This document shows, piece after piece, positions 49,953 to 63,969 of a stretch of DNA of 64,000 bases (position 1 is its first letter; the number at the start of each line of letters is the position of its first letter). The stretch is from the NCBI GenBank assembly GCA_020891255.1, contig BQFW01000007.1:1736001-1800000 (forward strand). The letters run 5' to 3'. Made by a program: the position numbers and the translations under genes. Origin of the DNA: Entomortierella parvispora E1425. Lineage: Eukaryota > Fungi > Mortierellomycota. The notes beneath the pieces are model-generated. The model saw only the letters and a list, made by a program, of their open reading frames with translations. It was not told where the DNA came from and made no database searches.

Positions 49953-51390
49953 TCACGCAAAGATCTTGCGATAAAGGACGAAGAGAATCAAAAAGACGAG
50001 GACAATGATGATCGAGGCAGTAATCATCTTGTTCGTAGCCATGCTATAGTTTGTGTCAAGAGCGCAAACAACAATGTCAGTTTGCTGTCCGTGATATCCA
50101 TTCATTTCAAATGCAATATACACGCCACAATGATTTTGCTTACCGGCGAGCCATTCCCTTCAGAGTGCGAGAAGCCTTATCAATGCTCGAGTCTGCCTCC
50201 AGTAACTATTATCCGGGCCAATTGAGTGTGAAGTTGCTTAGTGCACTGATCTATCGTAGATATGAAGATGACATTCAGACTGCCAAGGCTAAGAGGAGAT
50301 GTGTCCTTACGGTGTTCCGGGTATGAATGATCTGTTCACGTTGTCCTCTCAAGTCGGATAAAATTCCAGCGCCCAATGATTCTGAATGAAAAAAGATTGA
50401 CATGTTATGTAGCAAGGTGAGAAATTGAATATGAATACAATTCCTGCGCACAAAGGCTCCGGAACTGACCTGTCTCAAGGGCCACCTTATGGCTGTCCTG
50501 CAAACGTCTGCTACTATCCGCAAGTCTGTCCGTGCCATTCAAAAGTCGGGTGCGCTGGTCCATCGATGCAGCATCAAGGTCAATGCCTCCGCCAATGCCG
50601 CCCAACAGCTCATCCCTGTCAGCCGTTGATCGTGATGTTGATTGAGCTCGTTTCTAACGTTAGAGTACAAAAAAAGGAGTCGAGGTTAGTCGTTTCGGTC
50701 AAAAGCATTTCAAGACACCAACGTTACGACGGCACTTTGCGGCTATGTTGGGTGAGCCCTCATTTTTTTTTTCCAAAGAGACTAGAACATGAAAGTTGTC
50801 ATCCTTACAAGGGTTTGCTTGATGCGATCCAGCTCTGTTTTATATCCACGAAGTCTCGCCTGCAAGCGAGTCCTGGATCCTTGTGGCAAGTTCAAGAGCT
50901 CCATCTCCATTTGTTGTAGCTATGAAGAGGAAGAAGATTTAGTCAAAGGTACCTTTAGTCAGTCTCTCTTCCCATGTGAAACTGCAGCCAAGCACGCCGA
51001 CGCTCACGACTGTGTAGCTTCCTTACAATTTCGTTAGCCTCGTCGATTTCTCGGTCAGTGGCGCGGAGGGTCTGCTTCTTGACCTCTGGAGATACCGGTG
51101 GGCGTAACATAAAAAGATAAGACAAGAATAAAGAACGTCAGTCACACGCAGACAGTGTGGGGTGAGGGCGGGTGCCAAGCTAGTCCAAACTGAGAGGGAG
51201 TTGAAGAGAGCTGAAGAGAAGAAGCGGGCCAACCACCACAGATAGAATATCAACCATGAGTAGGATGGGGCGGCCATTTACCTCCTGTCTGACTGCCAGA
51301 AGCATTGAGTCGCTCGTGCAGCGAGACCTTGATGGCCTCAAAGTCCTGCTCGTAGCTTTCAAAGAGTTCAGAGCCGCCGGGAGAGTCCAT
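49953..51390 (-). CDS. VTI1: Qb-SNARE VTI1, multi-exon
   Basis: SELFESYEQDF N-terminal Habc start, DQRTRLLNGTDRLADSSRRLQDSHKVALET SNARE motif, and C-terminal MATNKMITASIIIVLVFLILFVLY TM. Confidence 0.9.
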
Positions 51391-51729
51391 GGTGCGAGTT
51401 AGGGCGATGGGGCTGTGGAGGGAAGGAGGGATCGGGTGGGTTGAGTATTAGGGGTACACGTCAAGAGGGAAAGTCGACAGAGAAAGGGGGTGAGGCAATT
51501 GCGGTGTGTGTTTGAATGAGGGAATGAAAGAAGGAGGAGAACAATGGACAGAGGCCAGACGAGAGAAAGAGCATGCCACGATGCACCTGACCTTGAATAA
51601 AAAAATGAAAAATGTGACGTCGACTTTTTCCCGGTATATTTTTACAAGAGTAAAAAACGCGGACAAAAAAAAACGCGCCTTTGGTGTTTTGTTTCTTTTT
51701 CTTTGACACTGCATCACCCAACCAGGACC

Positions 51730-53553
51730 ATGGACGCACACGGACACAATTCCACCCAGGGCTACAGCTACGGATACGGGAATAGCAATGCACAACAATC
51801 CTATGGGTATCGAAGCCAACGCCGGACTCTCGCTGGAGGTTCACAGCCATACACTAGCAATTCATTCCTGCCTTCATTGAAACGATGTGTCTCCACCTTG
51901 GAGATGTCCACCCAACTGGTACAGGAGCAATGATTGCTGCATGTCTTATGTCATGACAATCTGCCAACATTATTTAGGGCCCTGTAAATATGTCGCAAGC
52001 TGACAAGCGGTCTTCTTTTTTTTTGTAGCTACGATCCTCCGTATCAACTCTGGACGAGGCATCGAGCGGATATCCGAGATTGAAGACCATCACCACTCAT
52101 AAAAAACGATTCGAGCTGGTCTCGGAACAGGACATAACAGTAGCTCATGCTGAAGTAGCCAAAGATGTAGAACCAAAACTACATGGGCTTGTGGAGCAGG
52201 CCGTTCAGATGGTGCTTGCCTTGGAAGGTAGAGAACATGAGCTCTTGGAACTCGTCAATGCCGAAACAGAAAAGGAAAAGCTCCGAGCTCAGCGCCAAAG
52301 TGCCGCCCGCTCCGGTCTTTCCAACATCAAAAGACTACAGACGTTAACGAAACGCAAGGAGGATTTGAGTAAACGGGCGACCGATCTGGATGGAGTAATG
52401 GAACAAAAACAAAAAGAGTTTGGAGAGCTCATGAGAAGGTCCCAAGGATCGCAGTCGTCGGGTCCAGAAAGTCCATCAAAGCGAATCAAGAAAAACCCCG
52501 TAAGGATCCGAGGATTATTTGGATCGATGAACTCGACTGGCTTCTACCAATGTTAGGGAGATTAACGAATTTTGGACTTGTTTAGGAGACACGAGACTTG
52601 AATCGAAAGAAAGAGGCCAAGAAGGCGGAGATATCGAGACGGAGTCAGGAGTTAGATGCAATGCAAAAGAAAATCGAGGAACAGAGTCGAGCCTTAAGAG
52701 AACTGCGGTCTAAAGCCTCTCAACAAAGTAGTCAGTCAGACGCAGACGGGTTTGCTCCAAGTAAGAACCTGTCCGATATCTTGGACACTCTGGCGGCGAT
52801 TTGCTAAAAATAATCTCTAATTCTCATCTTTGACCTCTCTAGACGCTCTGTGGTTGACGTACTCTGCTCATCTTCACGTACTGAACGAGGCGCTTGAAAA
52901 GCCATTAGAGGCAGATATCAGGGATAAAGCTACTTTTGAGGATGCCTTCAGGAGAATATTGACAGCTTATCTTCAGGAGTTGACCGCTAATCAAGAGAAG
53001 GTATTTTTGCTGTTTTTTCAGAGTCGACAGCGAAGGGGTAGGGCTCGGTCTGACGTCAATCTTTTCTCTCTCTTTCTTTCTTTCTCTTGTCTACTCTACA
53101 ACAATAGACTGACAAGGAATTGGATCGACTCATGATGGATAAAAGCAAAAAGCTGGCGCAGTTACGCAGTCTCTGCAAACAACTCTTCCCTGAGGACAAC
53201 ATTGGACTCACTATGAGCCGATTGATGGAGCTTCTGGTAGAGAGTCACCACAATGAGGTGTACTACAAGGACGTTCTGATGGTAAAGCGAGCGGATGCGC
53301 GCGGTATATTTCAAAGAAATGGTATTTGATCTTCCTATTAACCCATCTTACATCATTTTATTAGGACGAGTTCCCTGTCGAGGAGGACAAGCGTCATAAT
53401 TTGAGCCGTGTCCTACCTATCTTGACAAATATTGGTGTCCTGGAACTTGTACAGGAGACAATCGAACTTGACCCAAACCAAGAAGAGTCTCCGAATGTAC
53501 CACGGGATCAGCTTGTTTTGAAGATCAGATTTGAAGATAGCACCCCTTCATAA
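51730..53553 (+). CDS. SPC19: DASH/Dam1 complex subunit Spc19-like protein with a long C-terminal extension, 451 aa (exons 51730-51918, 52029-52499, 52586-52760, 52843-53000, 53108-53281, 53365-53553)
   Basis: SLKRCVSTLEMSTQL|LRSSVSTLDEASSGYPRLKTITTHKKRFELVSEQDI...EVAKDVEPKL...LEGRE matches the Spc19 pattern as I recall it. All six exons join in frame. Confidence 0.72.
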
Positions 53554-53580
53554 ACGGATAATGATCCCTTTTCAACTTAC

Positions 53581-53611
<31 letters not shown>

Positions 53612-53647
53612 GACCCAATTCCTAAATTCAACCTATTGTATTGGGCT

Positions 53648-55276
53648 TTAAATCTTGCTGGTACGGAGGCTTTGCACAGCGTGATATCTCTGGGGCATTT
53701 CAATTTGAATACCCACTCCAGTGAACTTGTCCAAGTTGCGAACCACATCTTGAGGGAAGGGCCAGGTTTTGGGGTTACTGACAAAGTCCAGGCGGGCCAT
53801 CTGCTGAGGGGAGAGGGTGAACTCGAGGGCACCTAGGTTCCCTTCCAATTGTTCAAGAGTTCTAACACCCAGCAAAGGGGAAGTAATGCCGGGCTTTTGC
53901 AAGGTCCAATTCATAGCGACTTGGGCTGGGGTCCGGTTGCATTCCGTAGCAATTGCCCTGACCTCATCCAAGATGGCCCAGTTCTTATGGTTCTTCATGT
54001 GGGGGCTGACCTGGTCCTGGCGTTTGCTGGTGCTGTCCTTTTGATCACGAGAGTGCTTGCCAGAGAGGAATCCTTCGGCAAGGACAGACCAAGGGATGAT
54101 TCCAAGACCGTGATCAGCACACATGGGTTGGATGTCCGACTCAAGCGAGCGGTTCAATAGGTTGTACCGTGTCTGGAACCCGATAAAGGGGGTCAAGCCT
54201 CGGAGATCTGCTAACGTGTTGGCAGCTGAGACAGAGGGTACGAGGGGAAAAAGAATGATGTGTGAGTGAAATGAAAAGCGTGGGGTCCCTTGAAGATCAC
54301 AAGTAACATTTTGGCGCTTACAGGAGACAACCCAACTTGGAGTGTCGCTAACGGCGACATAGAGAGCCTTGCCCGATCGCACGACATCATCCAGAGCTCG
54401 CATGACCTCCTGGACTGGAGTCCTGTACTCCCACAAATGCACGTAAAGAATGTCGACGTATCGCCAAACGCTTCAGACTAGCATCCAAGGACTCGACCAA
54501 GTTTTTGCGATGGTTACCACCTGTGATGATGACGAAAGAATACGCCAGTTAGCGATGGCTGGACAAACCTGACATTGACCAAATGTCTTGGACTTGCCTG
54601 CGTTAACATTGGGTCGAGAAACTCGTCCGACCATGGCTTCCGTGGAGTAGGGGTTGACTTTGAGAAAAGTTTGAGTCCTGTATCAGTACCAAAGGATACA
54701 AAAAAAAAAGGACAAGCGAGTTGTCGGCTGCACTCACTGGTGTACTTTGTGGCAATGACACAGCTGCTCCTCTTGTCTGCGATGTATTGCCCCAAGAACC
54801 TCTCAGATTCACCGTTCGTGTAGACGTTGGCTAGAATTAAAAGAGAAAAAATATATAAAGAATAAAAAAAACGAATGGCAATGGACGGGGTCTTGGTATC
54901 TTGCCAAGGTGTGCATCCTTCAGTGATGTGCCACGGTGCACGATCATGCTTATTTCATACAGCCTGGTGAAGGTGGTCATTGGCGTCTTACCAGTGTCGA
55001 AAAAGTTTCCACCATTCTCGTAGTAAGTGTCAAAGATCTTTTTGCTGATATCCATGTTGGATCCATATCCCCATTCCTCCCCAAAGGTCTAATAGCATCG
55101 AGATAATCGTTAGAACTGTGGGCCCCGTCATCTTGTACCGATAAAGTTTGCAGTAACGCTACCATGGTTCCCAAGCACAGGGGGCTGACTCGAAGTCCAG
55201 ACTTTCCCAGCAGAACATAGTCATCCAGGGCTGTCAGGGTCTGATCAATGGCCGAGCTATCGGTTGTATTCTTCAT
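53648..55276 (-). CDS. Aldo-keto reductase (aryl-alcohol dehydrogenase-like), multi-exon
   Basis: LGKSGLRVSPLCLGTM, GGNFFDT.ANVY (catalytic D and Y), IATKY, YVHLW, QTRYNLL, GIIPWSVLA, TPAQVAMNW. Confidence 0.92.
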
Positions 55277-55937
55277 GTTTGATGGCAATTTTCAAGGTGA
55301 GTGCAGTGGTGAATGAAGAAGTGGAGAACAAAGGAACAAAGAGACAACAGAAGTGAGGGGTAAAATATGAGCAATCGCAAGTGGATCGGCTTTATTTTGT
55401 GCTTCCTCCAACCGAGAGCGAACCGAATTTTGGACTTTAGCCATTCTGTGCAAAACAACAACGGAAACAAACCTTTAGGCCAGCGGGCGATATCTATCGC
55501 CTCATTGACGCGTCTCGAAAGTCAACAGCGCGCGTCCTACGGGCACAAAATACCGTTATTTCCCTTCATTGTTGTACTTCATGACATCGCTCTTCACTCC
55601 TTTTGCTTCCGACCTTCTGTTCTTATCAGTGGCCAGAAAGACATTTGCATCATTCAATTGCCTCACAATAACGCTTCGCCAATTGTCTTCGGAGGCAAAA
55701 CTAAATGGGGATTTTTTCATGGTTTGTTGTTCACAAAAGAAATACGCTTTGCAAAAAACGAATGCATGCAAGTTTACCAGCTTATGAATGGGGTATAATG
55801 GTTTTACAATCCGGGCAAAAGGGCCATCCGATCGCACGCCTTTCATTTTTTTTTTTTTGTCTTTTGCTTGTTTTCAATATGTTTCTGAGGAAGAAAAGCG
55901 AAATAACGAGTGAAGGGATGGTTCACCCTTCTACGAT

Positions 55938-56297
55938 CTAGGGCGTCGCCGACGCACACTTTGTTGGCTCAGGCTTGCAATGAGGAACCGAGGTGATGGT
56001 GACATACTTGATGCAGCACTTCTTGTGCTTGCCGTGTTTGCCGTGTTTGTCGTGCTTATGGTGCTTATGGTGCTTGCGGTGGTGCTTCTTCTTCTTCCAA
56101 AGTGCCTCCTCTGTTGATGGGTTGGTCAGAGTAGGGGTAACATCAATTGCGGCCAAAGGTGCTGCCTCCTCTGTTGATGGGTTGGTCAAAATAGGGGTAA
56201 CATCAACTGCGGCCAAGGGTGCCTGGGCATCCTGTGCAGCGACAGCAGAGGCGGCAGCCAAGATGGCAATGGTGGCGATGCTGAAAAGGTTCTTCAT
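55938..56297 (-). CDS. Small secreted protein (119 aa): signal peptide, 2 x 20-aa acidic repeat, His/Lys-rich tract, 4 Cys
   Basis: ATG-initiated ORF with a classic signal peptide (MKNLFSIATIAILAAASAVAA), an in-frame 60-bp duplication and a TATTTAAA box upstream on the minus strand near 56500. Confidence 0.8.
   Translation of the reverse strand: MKNLFSIATIAILAAASAVAAQDAQAPLAAVDVTPILTNPSTEEAAPLAAIDVTPTLTNPSTEEALWKKKKHHRKHHKHHKHDKHGKHGKHKKCCIKYVTITSVPHCKPEPTKCASATP
56103..56222. repeat. Two tandem 60-bp units inside the secreted-peptide ORF
   Basis: 56103-56162 and 56163-56222 align with 4 mismatches. Each encodes an APLAA(V/I)DVTP(I/T)LTNPSTEEA unit. Confidence 0.95.
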
Positions 56298-57046
56298 GGT
56301 CCTTTTTCAAAGGCGGTTTACGGTGCGTTGTTTGTGAAAAAAATGGGGTTCAGGTGAGAGAAGGGAAAAAACCAAGAAAAAAAAAGGTGCTGACGACCGC
56401 GTTGGCAAAGAGGTAGGGGTAACGGAAAAGTTGACACGACGCAGGGAGGGACCAGGGACCAAAAATAGGGCCGACAATGGGTCTATGCCCTGGTTTAAAT
56501 ACAGTCTCGTTCCACACCCGCTGATCCTCCTGGCTGCCTTTTCGGGTCGATACCGGAAGAAGTAATTAGATAGCATAGCCTTGCCTCTCTCCTTGACACA
56601 GCAACGATCGGGGACCGGACGTATGGGCTGGTATGACGTTCTCTCTCCTTTTCGATCACGCGTAAAGAATGAGAAGAGGGGATAGAAAAGGATCTTGTCC
56701 CCCAGAAGACGCAGCAAAATGGCTGAGATGGAAATAAAGGAGTTTGGAGGGATTCCGTATCGACAGCTTCCCAGGCAAGAATTGAAGAAGTAAGGAATGC
56801 AGCCCACAACAAGAAGAGATCAGTGTAACCTTCCCTTTGATTATTTCCCCTGTCTATAACTGCGTCATTTCTCTATACGGGGCCATGGGGATGGTTGGAA
56901 AAGCCTGGAGTCGCCCGATGCGTTGCACCGTGGTTGGACGCAGGACGTGTCCGAGGAGTCGTTTGCTGTTGTTTAATAGTATGGGTAGCTGCATGAACGT
57001 GCGATTGATTATTATTATTTACAAAAAGAAAAGATTAGAGCAACAT

Positions 57047-57535
57047 TTACGAAGAGGTGTCCTCGACAAACTGCATCTGCATGTTGACGGATCCATTGTC
57101 TGAGAATCCGAGCCACTTTGGCAACTTGTAGTCCTGAGGTCCGACATTGCCAGAGTTGAAGACCTGGTCCAGGTTGATCGTAGTGTCACCGATCTTGTCG
57201 TTGCTGAAGGTATCCTTGTCGACAGCGCGGACATAGAGCTTGTTTTGGCCGGAGCGAACGTAGAAGCAGAAAGTCTCGTTGAAGATGGGGTTCAAGCCCT
57301 TGGTGTCTTTGGAGCGGTGCTTGTAGGCCTTTTCGAGCCACATCTCGATAAAGGGGTCCGACTTTCCAAAAAGATCCTTGTCAGTGAGCTTGCTGGCGCT
57401 GTTGAGCTTGACGTAGAGCTGTCCTTTCTTGCTGGCCATGGTGTTAATGGCACCATCATCCTCGACAACAGGTTTAGAGACAGCCATGGCCGCCATGGGG
57501 GCCAAAAGAGCGGCGGCGAGAGTGATAAACCTCAT
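57047..57535 (-). CDS. Signal-peptide + single C2-domain protein, copy A (162 aa, intronless)
   Basis: Hydrophobic N-terminus MRFITLAAALLAPMAAMA. C2 motifs LYVKLNSA..LTDKDLFGKSDPF, LNPIFNETF and VDKDTFSNDKIG. Confidence 0.88.
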   Translation of the reverse strand: MRFITLAAALLAPMAAMAVSKPVVEDDGAINTMASKKGQLYVKLNSASKLTDKDLFGKSDPFIEMWLEKAYKHRSKDTKGLNPIFNETFCFYVRSGQNKLYVRAVDKDTFSNDKIGDTTINLDQVFNSGNVGPQDYKLPKWLGFSDNGSVNMQMQFVEDTSS

Positions 57536-58044
57536 TGTTATCTGTGTGCTTATTATGATAGGGGTTCAGGGATGAGTTCTTGGAAAAGAAAAGAGGGGAG
57601 AAGTGAGGGGCCCCGCCTCCAGCTTTATAAGAATCTTGGCTATCCAGGCCGGGGGCCGAGGCTGATGGAGATCGGCGCGTCTTGGTTGGATGCATAGATT
57701 GCCTGATCCTGTTTTGGCTGTGAGACTGATCGACACCAGAGACGCGTTTTTTTTTTTTTTTTTTTTTTTTAGACTGCAGGACGCGTCTCAACTCGAGTCA
57801 TTTTCCCCAGAGGAGAGACCTGACTGCACCGTCGTTTATTTTCGCATGGGTGAGGAAACACGAACCCTTGTTCCGGAGATGGCTGAAGAGGACAACGATA
57901 AGAATAGCCCAATAGTCTCTGCATTTGCACCGGTCTTACAGAACAAAGTGTATAAAGGAATTAGCAGGCCCCATCAGGCGATGGGGTTTTCTGGTACCTC
58001 CATTAGCCCAACACACTCACTGGAAACATCACCTTCAAACAAAC
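57536..58044. promoter_or_regulatory. Bidirectional promoter between the two C2 genes
   Basis: TATAAA boxes point outward on each strand: TTTATA near 57622-57628 for the minus gene and TATAAA near 57951-57956 for the plus gene, each about 90 bp from its ATG. Confidence 0.55.
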
Positions 58045-58545
58045 ATGAAGTTCATCACTATCGCCTCGCTGGCCCTTGCTCTATTCGCACTTGTCGCTTC
58101 GGCTGAGCACTGCATCGACCTTGGCAATACAAGCCCCGTGGACCCCACCATTGCCGCCTCCAAGAACAAGGGAAACCTCTATGTCAAGCTCAACAGCGCC
58201 AAGGGATTGACAGACAAGGATCTCTTTGGAAAGTCAGATCCTTTCATCGAGATGTGGCTTGAAAAAGCCTACAAGCACCGCTCCAAGGACACCAAGGGCT
58301 TGAACCCCACCTTCAACGAGACTTTCTGCTTCTATGTCCGCGCAGGACAAGACAAGCTGTATGTCAAGGCCGTCGACAAGGATATAATCAGTAATGACAA
58401 GATTGGCCAGGTCACTATTCCATTGTCCAACGTCTTCAAGACCGGCCGCGAGGGCCCTCAGGACTACACGTTGCCAAAGTGGTTCGGTCTCCGAAGCAAC
58501 GGTATTGTCAACATGCAGATGCTGTACCAAGAGGACACCAAGTAA
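58045..58545 (+). CDS. Signal-peptide + single C2-domain protein, copy B (166 aa, intronless)
   Basis: MKFITIASLALALFALVASA signal peptide. C2 motifs nearly identical to copy A. Confidence 0.88.
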   Translation: MKFITIASLALALFALVASAEHCIDLGNTSPVDPTIAASKNKGNLYVKLNSAKGLTDKDLFGKSDPFIEMWLEKAYKHRSKDTKGLNPTFNETFCFYVRAGQDKLYVKAVDKDIISNDKIGQVTIPLSNVFKTGREGPQDYTLPKWFGLRSNGIVNMQMLYQEDTK

Positions 58546-58718
58546 ATTTTCCCCTAGTAATTAGTCATTTTAAAATAGCCTGACTAAATAGACTCGAATA
58601 GTTTATACAAAGCGGGCTTTGCCTCGTCGTCTTTTGCTTCGCCTTTGTCAAGTCTTTTCACATTCGCATTCAGTCATTCCTTTTCTTGCCTCCTTCCCAG
58701 ACCCACACTCCATCCACA

Positions 58719-61005
<2,287 letters not shown>

Positions 61006-61126
61006 AGCGTTTGTCTGCGGGATGTCAACCAAAATTTGAGCAATGTGCGGATGAATCGCCAGGGCAACAACGTATATTTTAGGGGTAAAAAGGAGTATTA
61101 TCTGGCATCGGGAAGGGGCTTCATGC

Positions 61127-62692
61127 TTAAACAGCCTGGATCTGGGCAGGTCCCTCGACGACCTGATCATCCACCTGACGACGGAAGATGGTGATCTCTT
61201 GCTGCTTGAAGTAGCGTCTGTTTTCCTCATCAACCAACACCAAGTTGAGGTAATAGCGAGCAGAGAACTTCATGTTGACTAGTGGTGCAACGAGTCAATC
61301 GGGATGAGTATATATTTGTCATGGGCGAGATAATCGTGATATCAAAGTGCAACACCAAATCAATTAGCTTACCATCGCGGAACGTGGGAGTGAGTTCAAA
61401 ACCTCCGAGGAAAAGTCGGATGGGAATAGTCTCTCCACGAACAGGGGCGCCGTCCATAATTTCAAATTTAGTGATAGTCTCGCTCTCATTGTACTGGTTG
61501 GGTGGAGCTCCTGTAGTCTCGCGACGGATGATTGAAAGCTCCATATGCTTGATCTTGATGCGAACCAAAAGGAAGTAGATCTTTCCTACAATCACATCTT
61601 TCAAATGATACCTAATCGGCGTCCAGCATGAGTGTCAACATTAGTTTGCCATTTGAAGGAAAACCCCAGCTAGGATGAAGAACGACAGAAGAGCTTTCCG
61701 ATGATTACCTGGACTTGTTGTACTCAAACTCGATGTGAAGACAGTCCTCAATTCCGACCTCCATCTTGATCGAGTTGTTACCGTCTGAGGGCATAACATA
61801 CGAGTGCACCCAAATATCCTGCTCCTTGACAACATCTGCCAACCGACGGAGGATGGTGACCCTCACAAAGTATCTATCATGTTGAACAACAAGGAAGATC
61901 AAAAAAGGATTTAAATTGCTGAATCATTGGCTCAGCTCGCAACAATAAGCAAGTGAGTGATTATACCTCAACTTGACGTTGATTCCATGATAACTCTCGT
62001 ATTGCTTCTCAATGTTTTTGAATTCGAATTCATAGTTGGTATTGTTGCGAAGCTCTCCTGGTACAGCCAGTTCTTGTTGAATCGTCCTGAATTCGTAATG
62101 GTTTCCTCGATCATAGAACAGCTCTATAAGAGGTGAAGTGAAAGGGTTGAATCGGGGGGAGGGTGATCAGAGAAAGCACAGAAAATGGGCGAAGTCAGAG
62201 CAACATTCCAAGAGATAATGACGTTCCGCTCGTCTGATTCCAACCGTCCAATAGCGAAGATGTCCAAAGACGGCTGTTGACCAATACCTATGCTTCCGAC
62301 AAACTCGACCTTGATGCCGTTGTGCTCCACCTTCTTTCCATCCCTGACTCTGATGTTGATCTAAGGGTATCAGAAAATGGTTTGTCAATGGCGTTGTTGC
62401 AAGAAGCTTGGCATCGGCCACAAGAACAAAAAAAAAAAAAAGAGCAGCATACTTTTCCCGCAACGGTCTCTCCATCAAAGTACAATGGGAACTGTTCACG
62501 TCTGTCCTTGTCGACTTTGGCCTCGATTTGCTTGCGCTGTTCCTGACCGTTGAAGCGAATGTCAATGTCGATGGGGGCCGACAGGCCAAAGAGACTCTAA
62601 GAAAAAACAAAAGATGCATGTGTTGGGTCAGAAGGAGGTCTCGCCAGCAGAATGAGGACAAGAAGCATGAACGGGGAGTCACTCACTGCCAT
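61127..62692 (-). CDS. VPS26: Retromer cargo-recognition subunit VPS26, multi-exon
   Basis: FPLYFDGETVAGK, EHNGIKVEFVG, IKMEVGIEDCLHIEFEYNKS, KDVIVGKIYFLLVRIKIKHMEL, FEIMDGAPVRGETIPIRLFL. Confidence 0.96.
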
Positions 62693-63377
62693 CACCATGT
62701 TGCCGGTTGTTTACTAGTGAGAAGAAGGAGGGATGAGGGGATGGAGGGGAAGGAAGGATGGATGAAAGAGGGATGATGAAGAGATGGATGAATGAATGAG
62801 AGAATGAAATGAGAATGAGAGACCTGAACGAGTCGAGAGAGTCGACCTTCGAGAACGACAAAAGGGAAGGCTGTGGAGTCAAGAAGGGAGAGAGACCTGA
62901 CCTTCCTTCGATCGCAAGTGCAGCGGGAGAAGGAGGATCTATTGCACGTGACCATTTTTTGGGCGTCTCACAGTCTCACTCTCACACTGAACTGGGACTC
63001 TGGGAATGCGTCAAGGTTGCGAGGTGGGGGCCGAAGCTTGTCTGCCTGGATCCAAGGCGACAGAGTGGGACGCGCTCGGTCGTCTTTGCTCGGCAGAGAC
63101 ATGTCCTCCTGCAGCGAGCCGTTCTCTGCTGCGATAAAAAGGGAACCTGCAGCCTCTCTCTTCATTCATCCCCATCTCCTTCTCATCCTTCTCTTTCTCT
63201 TGCAATGGTACGTGCTTTTTGACTGCTGCAGTATCGCAGTACAATTTTTTTTGGTCCTCATTGCTTTGCTCATCTCTTTTGTCTCTTTTCCATCTCGCTT
63301 CTTCATTTCTCTTTCTTTTTGTTTTGTTCCCTTGACAGTCTACACTCCACAAGAGAAAGTCGAACAAGACCAAGGAC

Positions 63378-63969
63378 ATGGCTCAAAACCAGGACGACCG
63401 CGACCGACAGTTTGACGACGCTCTTACAGAAGAGTCGCCTCTTCTCCATGGCCACCGTGATGATCGCTTTGCTGAAGAGCCGCCAAAAACCCGGCCCAAT
63501 GTCAACAAGGGTTCCTGGCGTCGCATGGCTGGCGTCTTCCTGCTCATGATCATTTCCTACATTGTTATCGGCAGCATCGTCAGTTATAAACGCCTGTCTC
63601 TGCCCTCACCAAAGTCCGTTGCCGAGGCCACGAAGCCCAACGACTTTTCAGCTCAATGGGCCTGGCAACATCTAGAACAGATTGCTCAAAGACCCCACCC
63701 TCTCAACTCGCGCGAAAACTTGCGTGTGCACAACTATCTTTTGCAGACCGTGAGAGATCTACAGAAGGAAGCCTTGCTCAAGAACCTGACTGTTGAGATC
63801 GCGAACGATGATGTCAAGCTTTCAATGGCCAACAACTTTTTAAGCAATACGACGCGCCTTTTTTTTTACCAATCCTCAAACATCCTTGTCCGTGTCGTGG
63901 GAACCGAAGGCAGGTCAGAGGACAACCTTCGCGGTCACGCCGAGGCCGTCGTTGTGGACGCTCACTACG
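63378..63969 (+). CDS. M28-family membrane peptidase (vacuolar membrane protease / ERMP1-like), 5' part
   Basis: ESPLL N-tail, TM segment, FSAQWAWQHLEQIAQRPHPLNSRENLRVHNYL, SSNILVRV and VVDAHY (first Zn ligand), then a GTAAG donor at 63970. Confidence 0.88.
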
